A DNA stretch of 64,000 bases from Candidatus Kapaibacterium sp. (GCA_963664875.1 OY761611.1:3328001-3392000); one strand, 5' to 3'; counted from the stretch's first letter, positions 10,565 through 21,036 are shown. Notes: generated from the letters alone by a model not told the origin. Program-made: numbers and translations.

Positions 10565-10593
10565 AAGGAGTCTTAGCTAAGGCTCCTTTTTTT
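10565..10593 (+). terminator. Intrinsic terminator
   Basis: AAGGAGTCTTAG-CTAAGGCTCCTT hairpin followed by T-run. Confidence 0.8.
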
Positions 10594-10643
10594 CTTTGTT
10601 CGTTTTGTAACCTTTGCATACTTTTGTGTGTTTATAAAGCAAT

Positions 10644-11168
10644 ATGAAAAAAATACTCGCCTATATAATGATATTTGTTCTTTTGCTGGGGTCGATTACT
10701 GCTCCGGCATTGTTTTCGTATATGCAGAAAAAAATCAAACGTGAAGTAAAAGAAACAATTTTTGCCGGCATTGCCGAAAAAGACCTTGATGTTATCCGTG
10801 TTACAGATGAGCAAATGCAGGATCCAAGCGTATTCAATCCGATAGAAGCACATGAGTTCCTTTATTATGGCAAAATGTACGATATAGTCCGAGTCTCTAA
10901 AATTGGAGATACGACGGTTTTTCATTGTCTCTATGATGATAAAGAAAATAAACTTATAGATAGATTTTCGGATATAGCAAACGGAGTGAAAGACAAATAT
11001 GGTAATGTCCTCAATAATATAATAGAGAACCTACTGAAACTAAAAATTATCTATAAAGCTTTTGCCTTGTTTTGCGACTTCATAACAGAAAAACACAACA
11101 CTTTCAGATATTTTTCCCCTTTAAACACATATCTTGATGTGCCCGTTCCTCCTCCTAAGTTTGGGTAA
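10644..11168 (+). CDS. Hypothetical protein upstream of TonB receptor, with proline-rich C-terminus (possible regulatory uORF)
   Basis: N-terminal TM, HEFLYYGKMYDIV..CLYDDKE core, ends PVPPPKFG. Confidence 0.7.
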   Translation: MKKILAYIMIFVLLLGSITAPALFSYMQKKIKREVKETIFAGIAEKDLDVIRVTDEQMQDPSVFNPIEAHEFLYYGKMYDIVRVSKIGDTTVFHCLYDDKENKLIDRFSDIANGVKDKYGNVLNNIIENLLKLKIIYKAFALFCDFITEKHNTFRYFSPLNTYLDVPVPPPKFG

Positions 11169-11414
11169 TCGACATAGAAATAATCTATTGGATAAGCAAG
11201 ATTCTACATTTCCATCAGTATGACATGCTGAATAGGAGGGCGTTGGGGATTTTGTTTATGCAATTGCTATTCTTAAAGTAGAACTATTCGATAATATCCT
11301 CCAATCCCAACTTATGCTTTGTTAAAGCATGAAGAGCCTATATGGGATGATGAGGTGTATTTTGTTTAGGACACTTATATGATATATTTAAAATTTCAAA
11401 CTTAGGTGATAAAA

Positions 11415-13385
11415 ATGAAAAAATTACTTTGTATTGCTGCACTTGCTTTGAGTGCTTTTGCTAATGTGCAGGCATCTGAAAGTGATGCAGATACAATAAA
11501 AACATATAGATTAGGCAAAATTACCGTTACAGATGACAGATTGGAAAACAAAAATATAAGAGAAGCAAAATTTTCAGAAGTAAAATACTATGAATTGCAA
11601 CGCTCTGATGCTTTTTCCTTAGCTGATATTAAATCATTTATTCCTACTGCAAACACCAGAACTACTTCGATGGGAGAAACACAGATTTATGTGCGTGGTG
11701 CAGGAGACAGACAGTTAGGCTTGTATCTCGATGGAGCTTTGCTTAATGTGCCATGGGACAACAGATTCGATCTTAACTTTTTGCCCGGTGACATCATTGG
11801 AGAGCTAAAAGTAAATAAAAATGCTTCCTCTGCTCTCTATGGCATAAACGTTTTGGGAGGTGCAATAGATATTACAACTGCAGAAAGAAAGGAAAATGGC
11901 TTTGGTGGTGCTCTTAAACTGACAGGCGGAGATGGTGGTGCTTTTTCCGTGTCTGCTATGCACGATGGAAGAATAGGTGATTTGAATTATATAGTAAATT
12001 TTTCTCGTAGCGGCCAAGATGGATTTTTGATGGCAGATAATGACGAAGATTTGCTAAATCAGAATCCCGAAGATGATTTGCGAACCAACTCATTCAATTT
12101 CAGAAATAATATCTTCGCTCGTGCAGAGTATAAATTTTCGGAAATGACTAATGTGGGACTTACATTTATCAATACTTCTTCTGTTTTTGGTAATACTCCT
12201 GCGACAAACCCGGATGTCAATCAAAGATTCTGGAAATATCCCGAAAGAAAGAGAAGTATGGTTATTTTCAATGGTGAGCAGTTTTTTGACAAAGCGAAAG
12301 ACTTTTCTATGAAACTGACTGCATGGGGAGATTTTTTCAAGCAGACTATTGATGCTTATGAAGATATTACTTACTCCGCTATTGATGAAAGTGTGAAAGA
12401 AGAAGATGCTTCCTTTGGCTCTCGTCTTACTTTAAACTATAATGTAAGTGACCAATCTACGATATCTTATGTATTTAACAGCATCAATTCTGATCATGAT
12501 AAAACTACCAACGACGATGAGCCGCTTAATTTTACTCAAAACAGTATTAGTACCGGTATGCAGTTTTCTTCCAAATTCGGCAAACTTGAATATGCCGTTG
12601 GTGCTACTTATGATTATTTTAAAACACCGAAAACAGGTGAATACATAGAAGCAGAAGGTAAAACCTACGATGATTACGGCTTATTTGTAACTATGGATTA
12701 TTCTATAGATGATAATTTTTCTGCATTTGCTAATGCAAGCAGAAAATCCCGCTTCCCTACTATGCGAGAATCATACGACGAAGCTCTAAAGAAATATAAA
12801 TATAATCCTGATTTGAAACCTGAAACCGGTGTCCTGTCCGAAGTAGGTATTGCATATATTTCTTCTGATTTTTCGGCTCAGGCGTCGTTTTTTGCAAATA
12901 TGTATGACGACATGATAGAAAAGGTAAAAGTAGCAGGCGACCCTGACAAACGTAAAATGCGAGACAATCTCTCCGAAGCGACAATGCTGGGTGTAGATTT
13001 GTCTGTTGCTGCTAATATCAGCAAATTTAAGCTCGGTGGATATATAACATATATGAGCGGTGATGGGAAATTAGACGGAGAAGATGTGGAGCTTAATAAT
13101 AAGCCTGAGATACTATCGGGAATCCACTTAAGTTACATTACTTCTTTTGGTTTGCTTCCGCAAATAGAACTCGACTATAGAGGAAAGCAATACGAAGACG
13201 GCATAGAAATAGACGGAGCAGCCTATCTTAATTTCAGATTGAGCTATACCTTCACTCAGTCAAGCGTGTTACTTCCTGAGATATTTATACGTGTAAATAA
13301 TATATTTGACACATTCAGATACTCACAGCTTGGGATGCCTGAGGCAGGAAGAAGCATTAGCGGCGGAGTTTCTCTGAGAATATAA
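11415..13385 (+). CDS. TonB-dependent outer membrane receptor
   Basis: Signal peptide, plug motifs (YVRG, LYLDG, SALYG..LGGAIDI), LKPE, VNNIFD, C-terminal beta-strand. Confidence 0.92.
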   Translation: MKKLLCIAALALSAFANVQASESDADTIKTYRLGKITVTDDRLENKNIREAKFSEVKYYELQRSDAFSLADIKSFIPTANTRTTSMGETQIYVRGAGDRQLGLYLDGALLNVPWDNRFDLNFLPGDIIGELKVNKNASSALYGINVLGGAIDITTAERKENGFGGALKLTGGDGGAFSVSAMHDGRIGDLNYIVNFSRSGQDGFLMADNDEDLLNQNPEDDLRTNSFNFRNNIFARAEYKFSEMTNVGLTFINTSSVFGNTPATNPDVNQRFWKYPERKRSMVIFNGEQFFDKAKDFSMKLTAWGDFFKQTIDAYEDITYSAIDESVKEEDASFGSRLTLNYNVSDQSTISYVFNSINSDHDKTTNDDEPLNFTQNSISTGMQFSSKFGKLEYAVGATYDYFKTPKTGEYIEAEGKTYDDYGLFVTMDYSIDDNFSAFANASRKSRFPTMRESYDEALKKYKYNPDLKPETGVLSEVGIAYISSDFSAQASFFANMYDDMIEKVKVAGDPDKRKMRDNLSEATMLGVDLSVAANISKFKLGGYITYMSGDGKLDGEDVELNNKPEILSGIHLSYITSFGLLPQIELDYRGKQYEDGIEIDGAAYLNFRLSYTFTQSSVLLPEIFIRVNNIFDTFRYSQLGMPEAGRSISGGVSLRI

Positions 13386-13407
13386 TTTATTTTAAAAAAT
13401 AACACTT

Positions 13408-13451
13408 ACCCTTACATCTCCGGTTTTAAAAAAGACCCGGAGATTTTTTTT
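13408..13451 (+). repeat. 44-bp direct repeat copy 1, containing an intrinsic terminator
   Basis: ACCCTTACATCTCCGGTTTTAAAAAAGACCCGGAGATTTTTTTT; 43/44 identical to 15267..15310. Confidence 0.9.
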
Positions 13452-13550
13452 GTTACACAATAAATTTTTATAAAAATGTTTGTTTTGTAAGTATTGTATT
13501 GTTATGTTTATATAAAGTTATAACATATTCAGTATGTTTGGAGGTCATTT

Positions 13551-14750
13551 GTGATAGCTATACTAATACTTTTCTTAATACTACTCCAGTCATGTGCTGC
13601 TGATAATAAGAATATTTTGCATTACGAAGTTGCAGAAACAGAAGATGCAATAATAACCGCACCTCTAATTGTTGTCTATGAGCATGGGAAAGTGGCCATT
13701 GTAGATCAAACCGGAAGAGCTGTTTATCTATATAAAGAAAATGGGGAACTTCTCAGGAGTTTTGAGCCACAGTTATATCTGTCCGATTCCTTGCTGGCGA
13801 AGAGTAAAAAATATAATCAGACGATAAGATATGTAACTACACAGGATTATGAGGCGTTTTATCCTGACTCCTACAAATCGGGAAGTTTAGAAAATATGCT
13901 TGGAAATAAGTTTGTAAATTGTAGTTTTTTAGATAGTAGCAAATTTACCATTGCAGTCTCCTTGGGTGTTTTAGTTCAATCAGAAGAAATGGCTGCAAAC
14001 AAATTTGCAATTACCTGCCGTGAGGGTGTTGTCAATTACGATTTGAGTAATGATAATATTTCCTATACATGCTTTCATTTTACGGATTCATTAGATGCTA
14101 TGACGACAACAGATTCTTACTTTTATTCAAAGAATAGAAATGTTTATATCACAGGTTTCAAAGAATCTATAAAAAAGCAAAATAGTTTCCCTTGCCTGGC
14201 AGCGGTTGATGTGGATGGCAATATTAAAGAAACTTATTTGAATACTCCGACTGAATTAAATTCAGAATACCTTTCTACGTTAGGTGTTATTATGTCTGAA
14301 GATAGACAAGCTAATGTATGGGCTGCATTTCCATTCATGACAAAAATTTACAATATAAAATCTAATTATAGTTTTGATTTGCAAATCCCTAATAATACTA
14401 ATAAAAAATATCTGGATACAATTAGAAAAAGCAAATTGACCAGAAGTCAGTTTGAAGAGCTGAACAAAACAGCAAAATCCTATGTAAAATATGAAATAAC
14501 CGGACTTTTTCATGATAAAGAAGATAACCTAATCGTGATTATTGAAGATTATTTGGCGAACGAGACAATTACAATACAGCAGTATTCTCCCTTAGGAGAA
14601 CTTCTGAAAAGTGCAACACTTCCTGTTGGCGGTGACTTTGGGAAAATTGCAGCCGTAGCTTATTCAAAGGAAGAAAAGAAATTTGTATTTGTGAATTCAA
14701 TAGATCAAAAATGGTATTTTATTTACAAGCCAGAAAAGGAAATATTTTGA
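13551..14750 (+). CDS. Lipoprotein, probable beta-propeller
   Basis: Lipobox LLQSC; D..G-type blade repeats (VYLYKENGELL, QQYSPLGELL). Confidence 0.65.
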   Translation: MIAILILFLILLQSCAADNKNILHYEVAETEDAIITAPLIVVYEHGKVAIVDQTGRAVYLYKENGELLRSFEPQLYLSDSLLAKSKKYNQTIRYVTTQDYEAFYPDSYKSGSLENMLGNKFVNCSFLDSSKFTIAVSLGVLVQSEEMAANKFAITCREGVVNYDLSNDNISYTCFHFTDSLDAMTTTDSYFYSKNRNVYITGFKESIKKQNSFPCLAAVDVDGNIKETYLNTPTELNSEYLSTLGVIMSEDRQANVWAAFPFMTKIYNIKSNYSFDLQIPNNTNKKYLDTIRKSKLTRSQFEELNKTAKSYVKYEITGLFHDKEDNLIVIIEDYLANETITIQQYSPLGELLKSATLPVGGDFGKIAAVAYSKEEKKFVFVNSIDQKWYFIYKPEKEIF

Positions 14751-15202
14751 GACAAATGTTGTGGTTGAAATTCTTATTCATTACAATCCTAAGTCTTGGA
14801 TTCATCAGCTTTTCGTTTAAATCAAAAATTGCATTATTCGCGAAATATGATTGCTATTCCCGTGGGAAAATATGTTTAATATTTATTGATAATAGAGAGT
14901 GTCTCGCCTGTAGTCCCTTATTTTATTCAATATTCAAATATGCAAACGATTCTAAAAACTTCAATTCTGTTGCCATCATTGAAGGAAAAAGGCAAATTGA
15001 AATAAAAAAGTTTAGAAAAGACTATAATTGGAAACAGTTTTGCGAATCTGATTCAAAATCCTTTAAGAAAGAGCATGGAATTAAAAGTTCTACTAAGGTG
15101 GCTATAATTTCCATATATGGAGACATTGTTGAAGAATTTACGTTAAATAAAATGCTTACAATAAAGGATTTGGAATGCTTTTTTGACAAGCAACAAAATT
15201 GA
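14711..15202 (+). CDS. Thioredoxin-like hypothetical protein
   Basis: ECLAC (CxxC) after a hydrophobic strand; N-terminal TM; exact start uncertain. Confidence 0.55.
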   Translation: MVFYLQARKGNILRQMLWLKFLFITILSLGFISFSFKSKIALFAKYDCYSRGKICLIFIDNRECLACSPLFYSIFKYANDSKNFNSVAIIEGKRQIEIKKFRKDYNWKQFCESDSKSFKKEHGIKSSTKVAIISIYGDIVEEFTLNKMLTIKDLECFFDKQQN

Positions 15203-15266
15203 TTGCAGAGAAACAAATTTGAATATATGAATTTGTAGGAAACTCTTTTCTAGTAGTTATAAACGC

Positions 15267-15310
15267 ACCCTTACATCTCCGGTTTTAAAAAAGAGCCGGA
15301 GATTTTTTTT
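15267..15310 (+). repeat. 44-bp direct repeat copy 2, containing an intrinsic terminator
   Basis: ACCCTTACATCTCCGGTTTTAAAAAAGAGCCGGAGATTTTTTTT. Confidence 0.9.
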
Positions 15311-15565
15311 CTTTATTTGCAAAGAAGAACCAGAGATTAAAAAGTAAGCATAATTAGATATTGATACAAGGAACAATGGTTTTTTTAACCGTTGCCAATA
15401 AATAAGATAAAGACTATATGTTGTTGTCTGTCTAAGGATAAAAAAAACCGCTTTCGGAAAAATTAGAGGAGAATATAATTTCTCTCTAAATTAACAAAAG
15501 CGGTTATATTTTTGTGTTTCTCTGATTTTGGAAGGATACAGTATCCAAACCAAATCAACTAATCA

Positions 15566-17242
15566 TTATTGCTGAATATTAGGAAGTTCGAGACCATATT
15601 GCTTTTTCTTGTCTTCAGCTTTAAGCATGAAAGCAACAATAAGAGCTAAAACGCCAAAAACTAAGAAAACAAGGTTCGGTAAGGTATAATTGTATCTCAA
15701 ATCCATCTTGTTTTCAGTTAAAATTTTATAGCCATTTTCAAGACATACCTTTTCGATAGCTTCTTTATTTTTTTCTAAATCGGCACTAAAAGTAAGAGCA
15801 TTAATATCATTGATATTTTTTTGACTCAATTCATTTTGGATAGCATCATACTGATCTGTACCTGTAGCAGGTTCGTAAGCAGTATCAACGAGAACTTTAT
15901 TGATGATGTTAGTAGTAGTAACATCTACAACTTTACCAAGTTGAATTTCGTCTAAGTTAAATCCTTCAATTTTGCCGTTTATATTTTGATATGTAGTCTC
16001 AATAGATTTTTTGACGGTCTCTTTTGCAATCGGAACATTTGGGTTTGCAGTATTAAGCACAATACCCACCAAAAGTGGAACACCCATCAATCCCCAGTTT
16101 TGAATCCAGAAAGTAAGTGCATAAGCTGTACCTAATTGTTTTTCAGGTATGATTTTTGGAACAGATGGCCACATAGCTGATGGCACTAAAGAAAGTGCAA
16201 CACCCAAGACTACTGTAGTAAATAGTGCTAAAATCCAATTATCTAAGAAAGGTACTGAGAATATGGCATGTACAAAGATAAGCATAAATGCACCTATAAT
16301 CATAATAGTAGCACCTTTACCTTTTCTGTCGTACAAGTTACCAAAAAACGGTGTTAGGAATAAAGTACCTAAAGGAAGTACAGATGGTATTGCACCCGCC
16401 AAATCAGGGCTTATTTGATATTTGTTGATTACCAAGTCTGTTGCAAATTTGATCCAAGGAAAAACTGCAGAATAAAAAAGAACACATAGGAGTGAAATAA
16501 GCCAAAAACCTTTGTTTGAAATTATTTGCAAAACGTCTGCCAGTTTGAAAGGTTCTTCTTCTTCTGTTTCCATATTTGCTTCTGATGCTTCGAGTTTTTT
16601 ATCCATTATTGCATATACAAAGAAGGATATCAATCCGATAACTAAAAGTAAAACACCAAAAAGAATTGGCATAGATACATCACCAAAATATTTGGCGATT
16701 GGAAGAGGAATTGCTGTTGCAAGTAAAGTACCCATACGTGCAGTAGCCATTTCCAGACCCATTGCAAGAGCGAGCTCTTTACCTTTAAACCATTTTACTA
16801 TTATACGAGATACGGTGATACCGGCTATTTCGACACCTACACCAAAAATGGCAAAGCCAAGAGCTGCAAAAAACACCTGTGATTTCATTCCAAGTACATC
16901 AGCCATGCCGGATGGGAAGAAAGAGGAAATAGCCCAATATTTAATGGCTGCACCGATAATCATAATACCGGCAGAAGAAATTGCTGTAAATCGAACACCC
17001 ATTTTGTCTAACAGTATGCCACCCAAAATTAGCATAAAAGCAAAAACGTTAAACCAGCCATAGGCACTTGTAAATATACCATAATCAGTACTATTCCAAA
17101 GTAGCTGGCTTTCCAGCATAGGCTTGAGTGGGCTCATTGCGTCAGTTATGAAGTAACCACACAACATAGTAAAAGCCACAATCCCCAAGGCACCCCAGCG
17201 TGCGGCTTTCGACTCTCTTAGCGAGTTAGTAATTTGTTCCAT
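15566..17242 (-). CDS. MFS transporter with large soluble insertion before the last TM
   Basis: GGILLDKMGVR and GNLYDRKGKG motif-A repeats, ~12 hydrophobic segments. Confidence 0.9.
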   Translation of the reverse strand: MEQITNSLRESKAARWGALGIVAFTMLCGYFITDAMSPLKPMLESQLLWNSTDYGIFTSAYGWFNVFAFMLILGGILLDKMGVRFTAISSAGIMIIGAAIKYWAISSFFPSGMADVLGMKSQVFFAALGFAIFGVGVEIAGITVSRIIVKWFKGKELALAMGLEMATARMGTLLATAIPLPIAKYFGDVSMPILFGVLLLVIGLISFFVYAIMDKKLEASEANMETEEEEPFKLADVLQIISNKGFWLISLLCVLFYSAVFPWIKFATDLVINKYQISPDLAGAIPSVLPLGTLFLTPFFGNLYDRKGKGATIMIIGAFMLIFVHAIFSVPFLDNWILALFTTVVLGVALSLVPSAMWPSVPKIIPEKQLGTAYALTFWIQNWGLMGVPLLVGIVLNTANPNVPIAKETVKKSIETTYQNINGKIEGFNLDEIQLGKVVDVTTTNIINKVLVDTAYEPATGTDQYDAIQNELSQKNINDINALTFSADLEKNKEAIEKVCLENGYKILTENKMDLRYNYTLPNLVFLVFGVLALIVAFMLKAEDKKKQYGLELPNIQQ

Positions 17243-17697
17243 ATCACTTTTAGAATAAGTTAAACTTTATTTAATTACTTTAGATGATAACTAACAAACT
17301 TAGAATTAAAATCTTGAAATTCCAAAAGATTTGAATAAAGATATGAAAAAATATGAACCATACAAGATTTGGAGCTCTCTAAGTATATAATATTCACAAA
17401 GATAACAAGCATCTTCAATATCCGGACTGATATTATTAAATATTTGAATATAACATATATTCTCAGCTAAAGAGACAAAATCTGCTTGGGTTTATGAAAG
17501 AGTTTTATTCAAATTTTTTTTGGATACTATCGTTTATATAAGTAAGTTAAAAAACGACACTATGCTCCTATCGCTAATCCCTTTAGATTAAATGCAATCA
17601 ATTTTATTTTCCATTCTTATGTAGAATCGGACTTTTTAAGTTAATTGCTGTTTTTTTGATTATGCAAATTGTTATGTAAATATATTTTTTGAGACAG

Positions 17698-18660
17698 ATG
17701 GCAGCAAATACCAGACTAATCAAGGCAGCCCGTACGGCTCTAAAAGACTATCTCGGTCTTTACGAAGATGAAACATTACTTATTGTTGCAGATGAAAATA
17801 CCTATGAAGTAGGTGAGGCACTTTACAATGCCGGAAAAGAACTCTGCAAAGAAGCTTTCCTTTTACAGATGAAACCGCGCGAAGATAACGGACAAGAACC
17901 ACCGGATCAAATAGCAGAGCTAATGAAAACTGTCGATGTTGTCGTTTGTCCTACTACTAAATCCCTTACTCACACTGACGCTCGAAGAAATGCCTCAAAA
18001 TTGGGCGTTAGAGTAGCCACTATGCCGGGTATAACTAAAGATATTATGACTCGATGCCTTAGTGCAGACGCTGATGAAATTGTTACTCTGACCAATCATC
18101 TCACTAAGTTGCTCGAACGCACCAGAGAAGTTCGTATCGAATCAAAAGCAGGCACTAACCTTACTCTTCCTATAAAAGGCATGAATATAATACCGAGCAC
18201 CGGTGTACTTAGAAAAATTGGTGCTTCGGGTAATTTGCCTTCGGGTGAGGTCTTTTGCGCACCTGAAGAAGGCAAATCAAATGGCGTTGTTGTTTTTGAC
18301 GGCTCAATAGCCGGAATCGGCAAACTCGAAGAACCCGTTAAAGTTACAATCAAAGACGGCATAGCTGTGTCCTTCGAGGGCGGCAAAGAAGCAAAATTGC
18401 TTGAAAAAATGTTAGATAAACACGGCGAACGCGGTCGCTGGGTTGCTGAGTTTGGAATCGGCACAAATCCAAAAGCAAAAATCACAGGTCAAATCCTTGA
18501 AGACGAAAAAGCTATAGGAACGATTCACATTGCCTTTGGTAATAATATCTCTATGGGTGGCACTAACAATGTGCATATTCACATAGATGGTCTTGTCAAA
18601 AAGCCTGATTTGTATTTAGATGGCGAAATGATTATGGTTAGGGGCAAAGTAGTCATCTAA
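17698..18660 (+). CDS. Aminopeptidase (M29 / leucyl aminopeptidase T-like)
   Basis: NLPSGEVFCAP, AEFGIGTNP, EDEK..GTIHIAFG, HIDG. Confidence 0.88.
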   Translation: MAANTRLIKAARTALKDYLGLYEDETLLIVADENTYEVGEALYNAGKELCKEAFLLQMKPREDNGQEPPDQIAELMKTVDVVVCPTTKSLTHTDARRNASKLGVRVATMPGITKDIMTRCLSADADEIVTLTNHLTKLLERTREVRIESKAGTNLTLPIKGMNIIPSTGVLRKIGASGNLPSGEVFCAPEEGKSNGVVVFDGSIAGIGKLEEPVKVTIKDGIAVSFEGGKEAKLLEKMLDKHGERGRWVAEFGIGTNPKAKITGQILEDEKAIGTIHIAFGNNISMGGTNNVHIHIDGLVKKPDLYLDGEMIMVRGKVVI

Positions 18661-18693
18661 CAGTAGTTATTTACGTTTAGATATTTATCCAAA

Positions 18694-18727
18694 GAGGAGC
18701 TGAGATTCATTTCAGCTCTTTTTTTTT
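18694..18727 (+). terminator. Intrinsic terminator
   Basis: GAGCTGAGAT..TTTCAGCTC hairpin followed by long T-run. Confidence 0.75.
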
Positions 18728-18816
18728 AAGAGACAATAGCTTTACTATGTAACTTTTTGTAGCTTGTTTTGTCATAACTATGTATAGATTGTTTAACTAA
18801 ACAGATTTGTTGTAGC

Positions 18817-19593
18817 ATGAAACTTTTTTACTACACATTGCTTACAGTCTTGATATTCGGCTGCAGCGGAGCAACTTCACCCGACGGAACTGATTCTTAT
18901 GCTTCGATGCTGATTCCAAATAAAATTGGTAATTACTGGGTATATCAAAGAAATGCTTTCGGAAAAACTATTGGTTACGATTCATTGGTTTTGAGTAAGA
19001 AAATGCTATTTAAGGGTAAATCTGCATCCTTGATAGAAATCAATAGATTATCTGAAAATATGAAGCCTATTTCAAAAGACACTCTTTACTTTGCTGAAGA
19101 AGGTAACGAGCTTTTCATAGTCGAAAATAATCCTGTACGTCCCTGGCACAGTAGCGATTGGATTCAAATATATGGTGATAGAAATTCTTCTTGGATAGCA
19201 GCACGTTTTGACATTTGGAAAACAGATTTATATGTTATAGACTCCATTGTGAAAGGTGCTCTTACTAATGTACTCACAGGCAAATATATATATTCAGACA
19301 CAGTAAATATTTCAGGAGTTACCTCACAATTTGATATGTTTACTCTAAAAAATGATTTTAAAGGGAGCTTCTATCAGCATGTTGTTTCCAATGGGAAGCT
19401 CGACTCAGTACTTTATCAATCAGTTGGCAAGTACAATATGCACTACAAAATAGCACGGGGATTGGGATTAGTTAGCAAAACCTACGAATCGCACATGATA
19501 TATTGGCTGCCGGTTGATAATAAATACGGATTAAAAACAAAGTCCATACAGGTAGCTGACGAAAGTCTGAGGCTGATTAGATACAAGTTTTAG
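18817..19593 (+). CDS. Hypothetical lipoprotein
   Basis: Lipobox IFGC; PNKIGNYWVY and ARGLGLV motifs. Confidence 0.7.
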   Translation: MKLFYYTLLTVLIFGCSGATSPDGTDSYASMLIPNKIGNYWVYQRNAFGKTIGYDSLVLSKKMLFKGKSASLIEINRLSENMKPISKDTLYFAEEGNELFIVENNPVRPWHSSDWIQIYGDRNSSWIAARFDIWKTDLYVIDSIVKGALTNVLTGKYIYSDTVNISGVTSQFDMFTLKNDFKGSFYQHVVSNGKLDSVLYQSVGKYNMHYKIARGLGLVSKTYESHMIYWLPVDNKYGLKTKSIQVADESLRLIRYKF

Positions 19594-19659
19594 AAAAAAA
19601 TATTTAGCATTTTTAAAATTTTAGTTGCAGCTAAAAAATATTTTAGCTATATTTACATC

Positions 19660-19766
19660 GTGATGTTAATCAGCCATTGAAAAACATGGTGCTCCTGAAA
19701 TCCTAAGTATATTGAGTAGCTTAAATTCAGATGAATGACCTGCCTTTTCCCGAGGCAGGTTTTTTT
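19660..19766 (+). ncRNA. Putative small RNA or leader RNA (unassigned)
   Basis: Promoter-like GTTG-N20-TATATTTA upstream, two internal hairpins, strong terminator ACCTGCCT..AGGCAGGT-T6, only 5-6-codon ORFs. Confidence 0.4.
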
Positions 19767-19986
19767 ATACCCGGCCACAAAGATCCTAATGTTTTTTATT
19801 CTATTTCTTTGCCCATAGTTATAAGTGGCATATTCAAATAATAAATTCGGCAATTCTACAAAGTCTATTCTAAAGCTTACAAGAATTGCTGCTAAACAAC
19901 AAAATTTGATATTTGAAATATTATGCTTTTCTATTATTTTGCATCTTTCAATTAACTATTCCTCTGTTATATTTCTTTATCTGCCG

Positions 19987-21036
19987 ATGCTTAAATATCT
20001 CATCCTTCGCAATCCGGGACATAACCGGGTATATTACAAAAATTCTTCAGAAGTCGCTCTTGCAGAGCTTAGTTTAACATGCAATTCTTTTGAGACAGAA
20101 TGCAATAATATTAGATTGGAGGACATAGCCGGTATCCAATATTTTACTTTTGACTGCACTTCTGAAATCACGATTGAAGAGTTAAAAAGTCTTTCCGCGA
20201 TGTCTTTTACTTTTGCAATTTTCAGATTGATTGATGATTACTCTGAAAAGTTGCTTCTGCCTATCGAGATGCCTCATTATGAGTATCTGGATACAAAAAT
20301 TAGTTCATTACTTAAGTATTCCGGAAAAACCAATGAGATATTTACCAAGATGATGATAAATGTTGGCGTTCTTTCCTGCGATTTTTCTGAAGAAGAAAGC
20401 CTGAATATTCTTGACCCTGTTGCGGGGAAAGGAACTACTCTCTTTGAAGGTCTTATCTATGGATTTGATGTTTATGGTATCGAGATTGAACAAAAATCTG
20501 TCCACGAAGCCAATGTTTTCTTCAAAAAATATCTGGAGACAGAACGCTACAAGCACGATTTCGAGAGACGTCCCGTTTCAGGAACTTCCAAAGCTGATGC
20601 AGTTTATATCGATGAATATGAGTTTGCAGTGAGTAAAGATGAATTCAAAGATTCTTCTCAGAGAAAAACTTTCGCATTAGTCAACGGAAGAACAGAAGAT
20701 GCAGATAAATATTTCAAGAAGGATAGTTTTCATCTAATTATTGGTGATTTGCCTTATGGCATATCGCATGGCAATAATTCAGGCAAAAAACACGCTTCAG
20801 TCTCTCGTAATCCTCATGAGTTGCTTTCCTTGGCTCTGCCTGCCTGGCATAAGGTATTAAAATCCGGTGGAGTAGTAGTAGTGGCTTGGAATGCGTTTGT
20901 AGCTCATAGAAAAGCACTCGAAGAAGAATTCAAAAAAGCAAACTTTAGTGTCCTTTCTGAAGAGCCGTATAACAATTTCGAGCATTTGGTTGATAAATCC
21001 ATAAAAAGGGATATTATCGTTGCGAAAAAACTGTAA
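19987..21036 (+). CDS. SAM-dependent methyltransferase (TRM11-like)
   Basis: ILDPVAGKGTTL motif I, YGIEIE, IGDLPYG; likely start MLKYLILRNPGHNRVY. Confidence 0.8.
   Translation: MLKYLILRNPGHNRVYYKNSSEVALAELSLTCNSFETECNNIRLEDIAGIQYFTFDCTSEITIEELKSLSAMSFTFAIFRLIDDYSEKLLLPIEMPHYEYLDTKISSLLKYSGKTNEIFTKMMINVGVLSCDFSEEESLNILDPVAGKGTTLFEGLIYGFDVYGIEIEQKSVHEANVFFKKYLETERYKHDFERRPVSGTSKADAVYIDEYEFAVSKDEFKDSSQRKTFALVNGRTEDADKYFKKDSFHLIIGDLPYGISHGNNSGKKHASVSRNPHELLSLALPAWHKVLKSGGVVVVAWNAFVAHRKALEEEFKKANFSVLSEEPYNNFEHLVDKSIKRDIIVAKKL

Noticed and set aside
19825-19986. N-terminal extension of the methyltransferase, likewise mscS 21662..21895 and the kinase 60501..60623
   Set aside because: Intergenic-like composition; better ATGs lie downstream at the start of recognisable sequence
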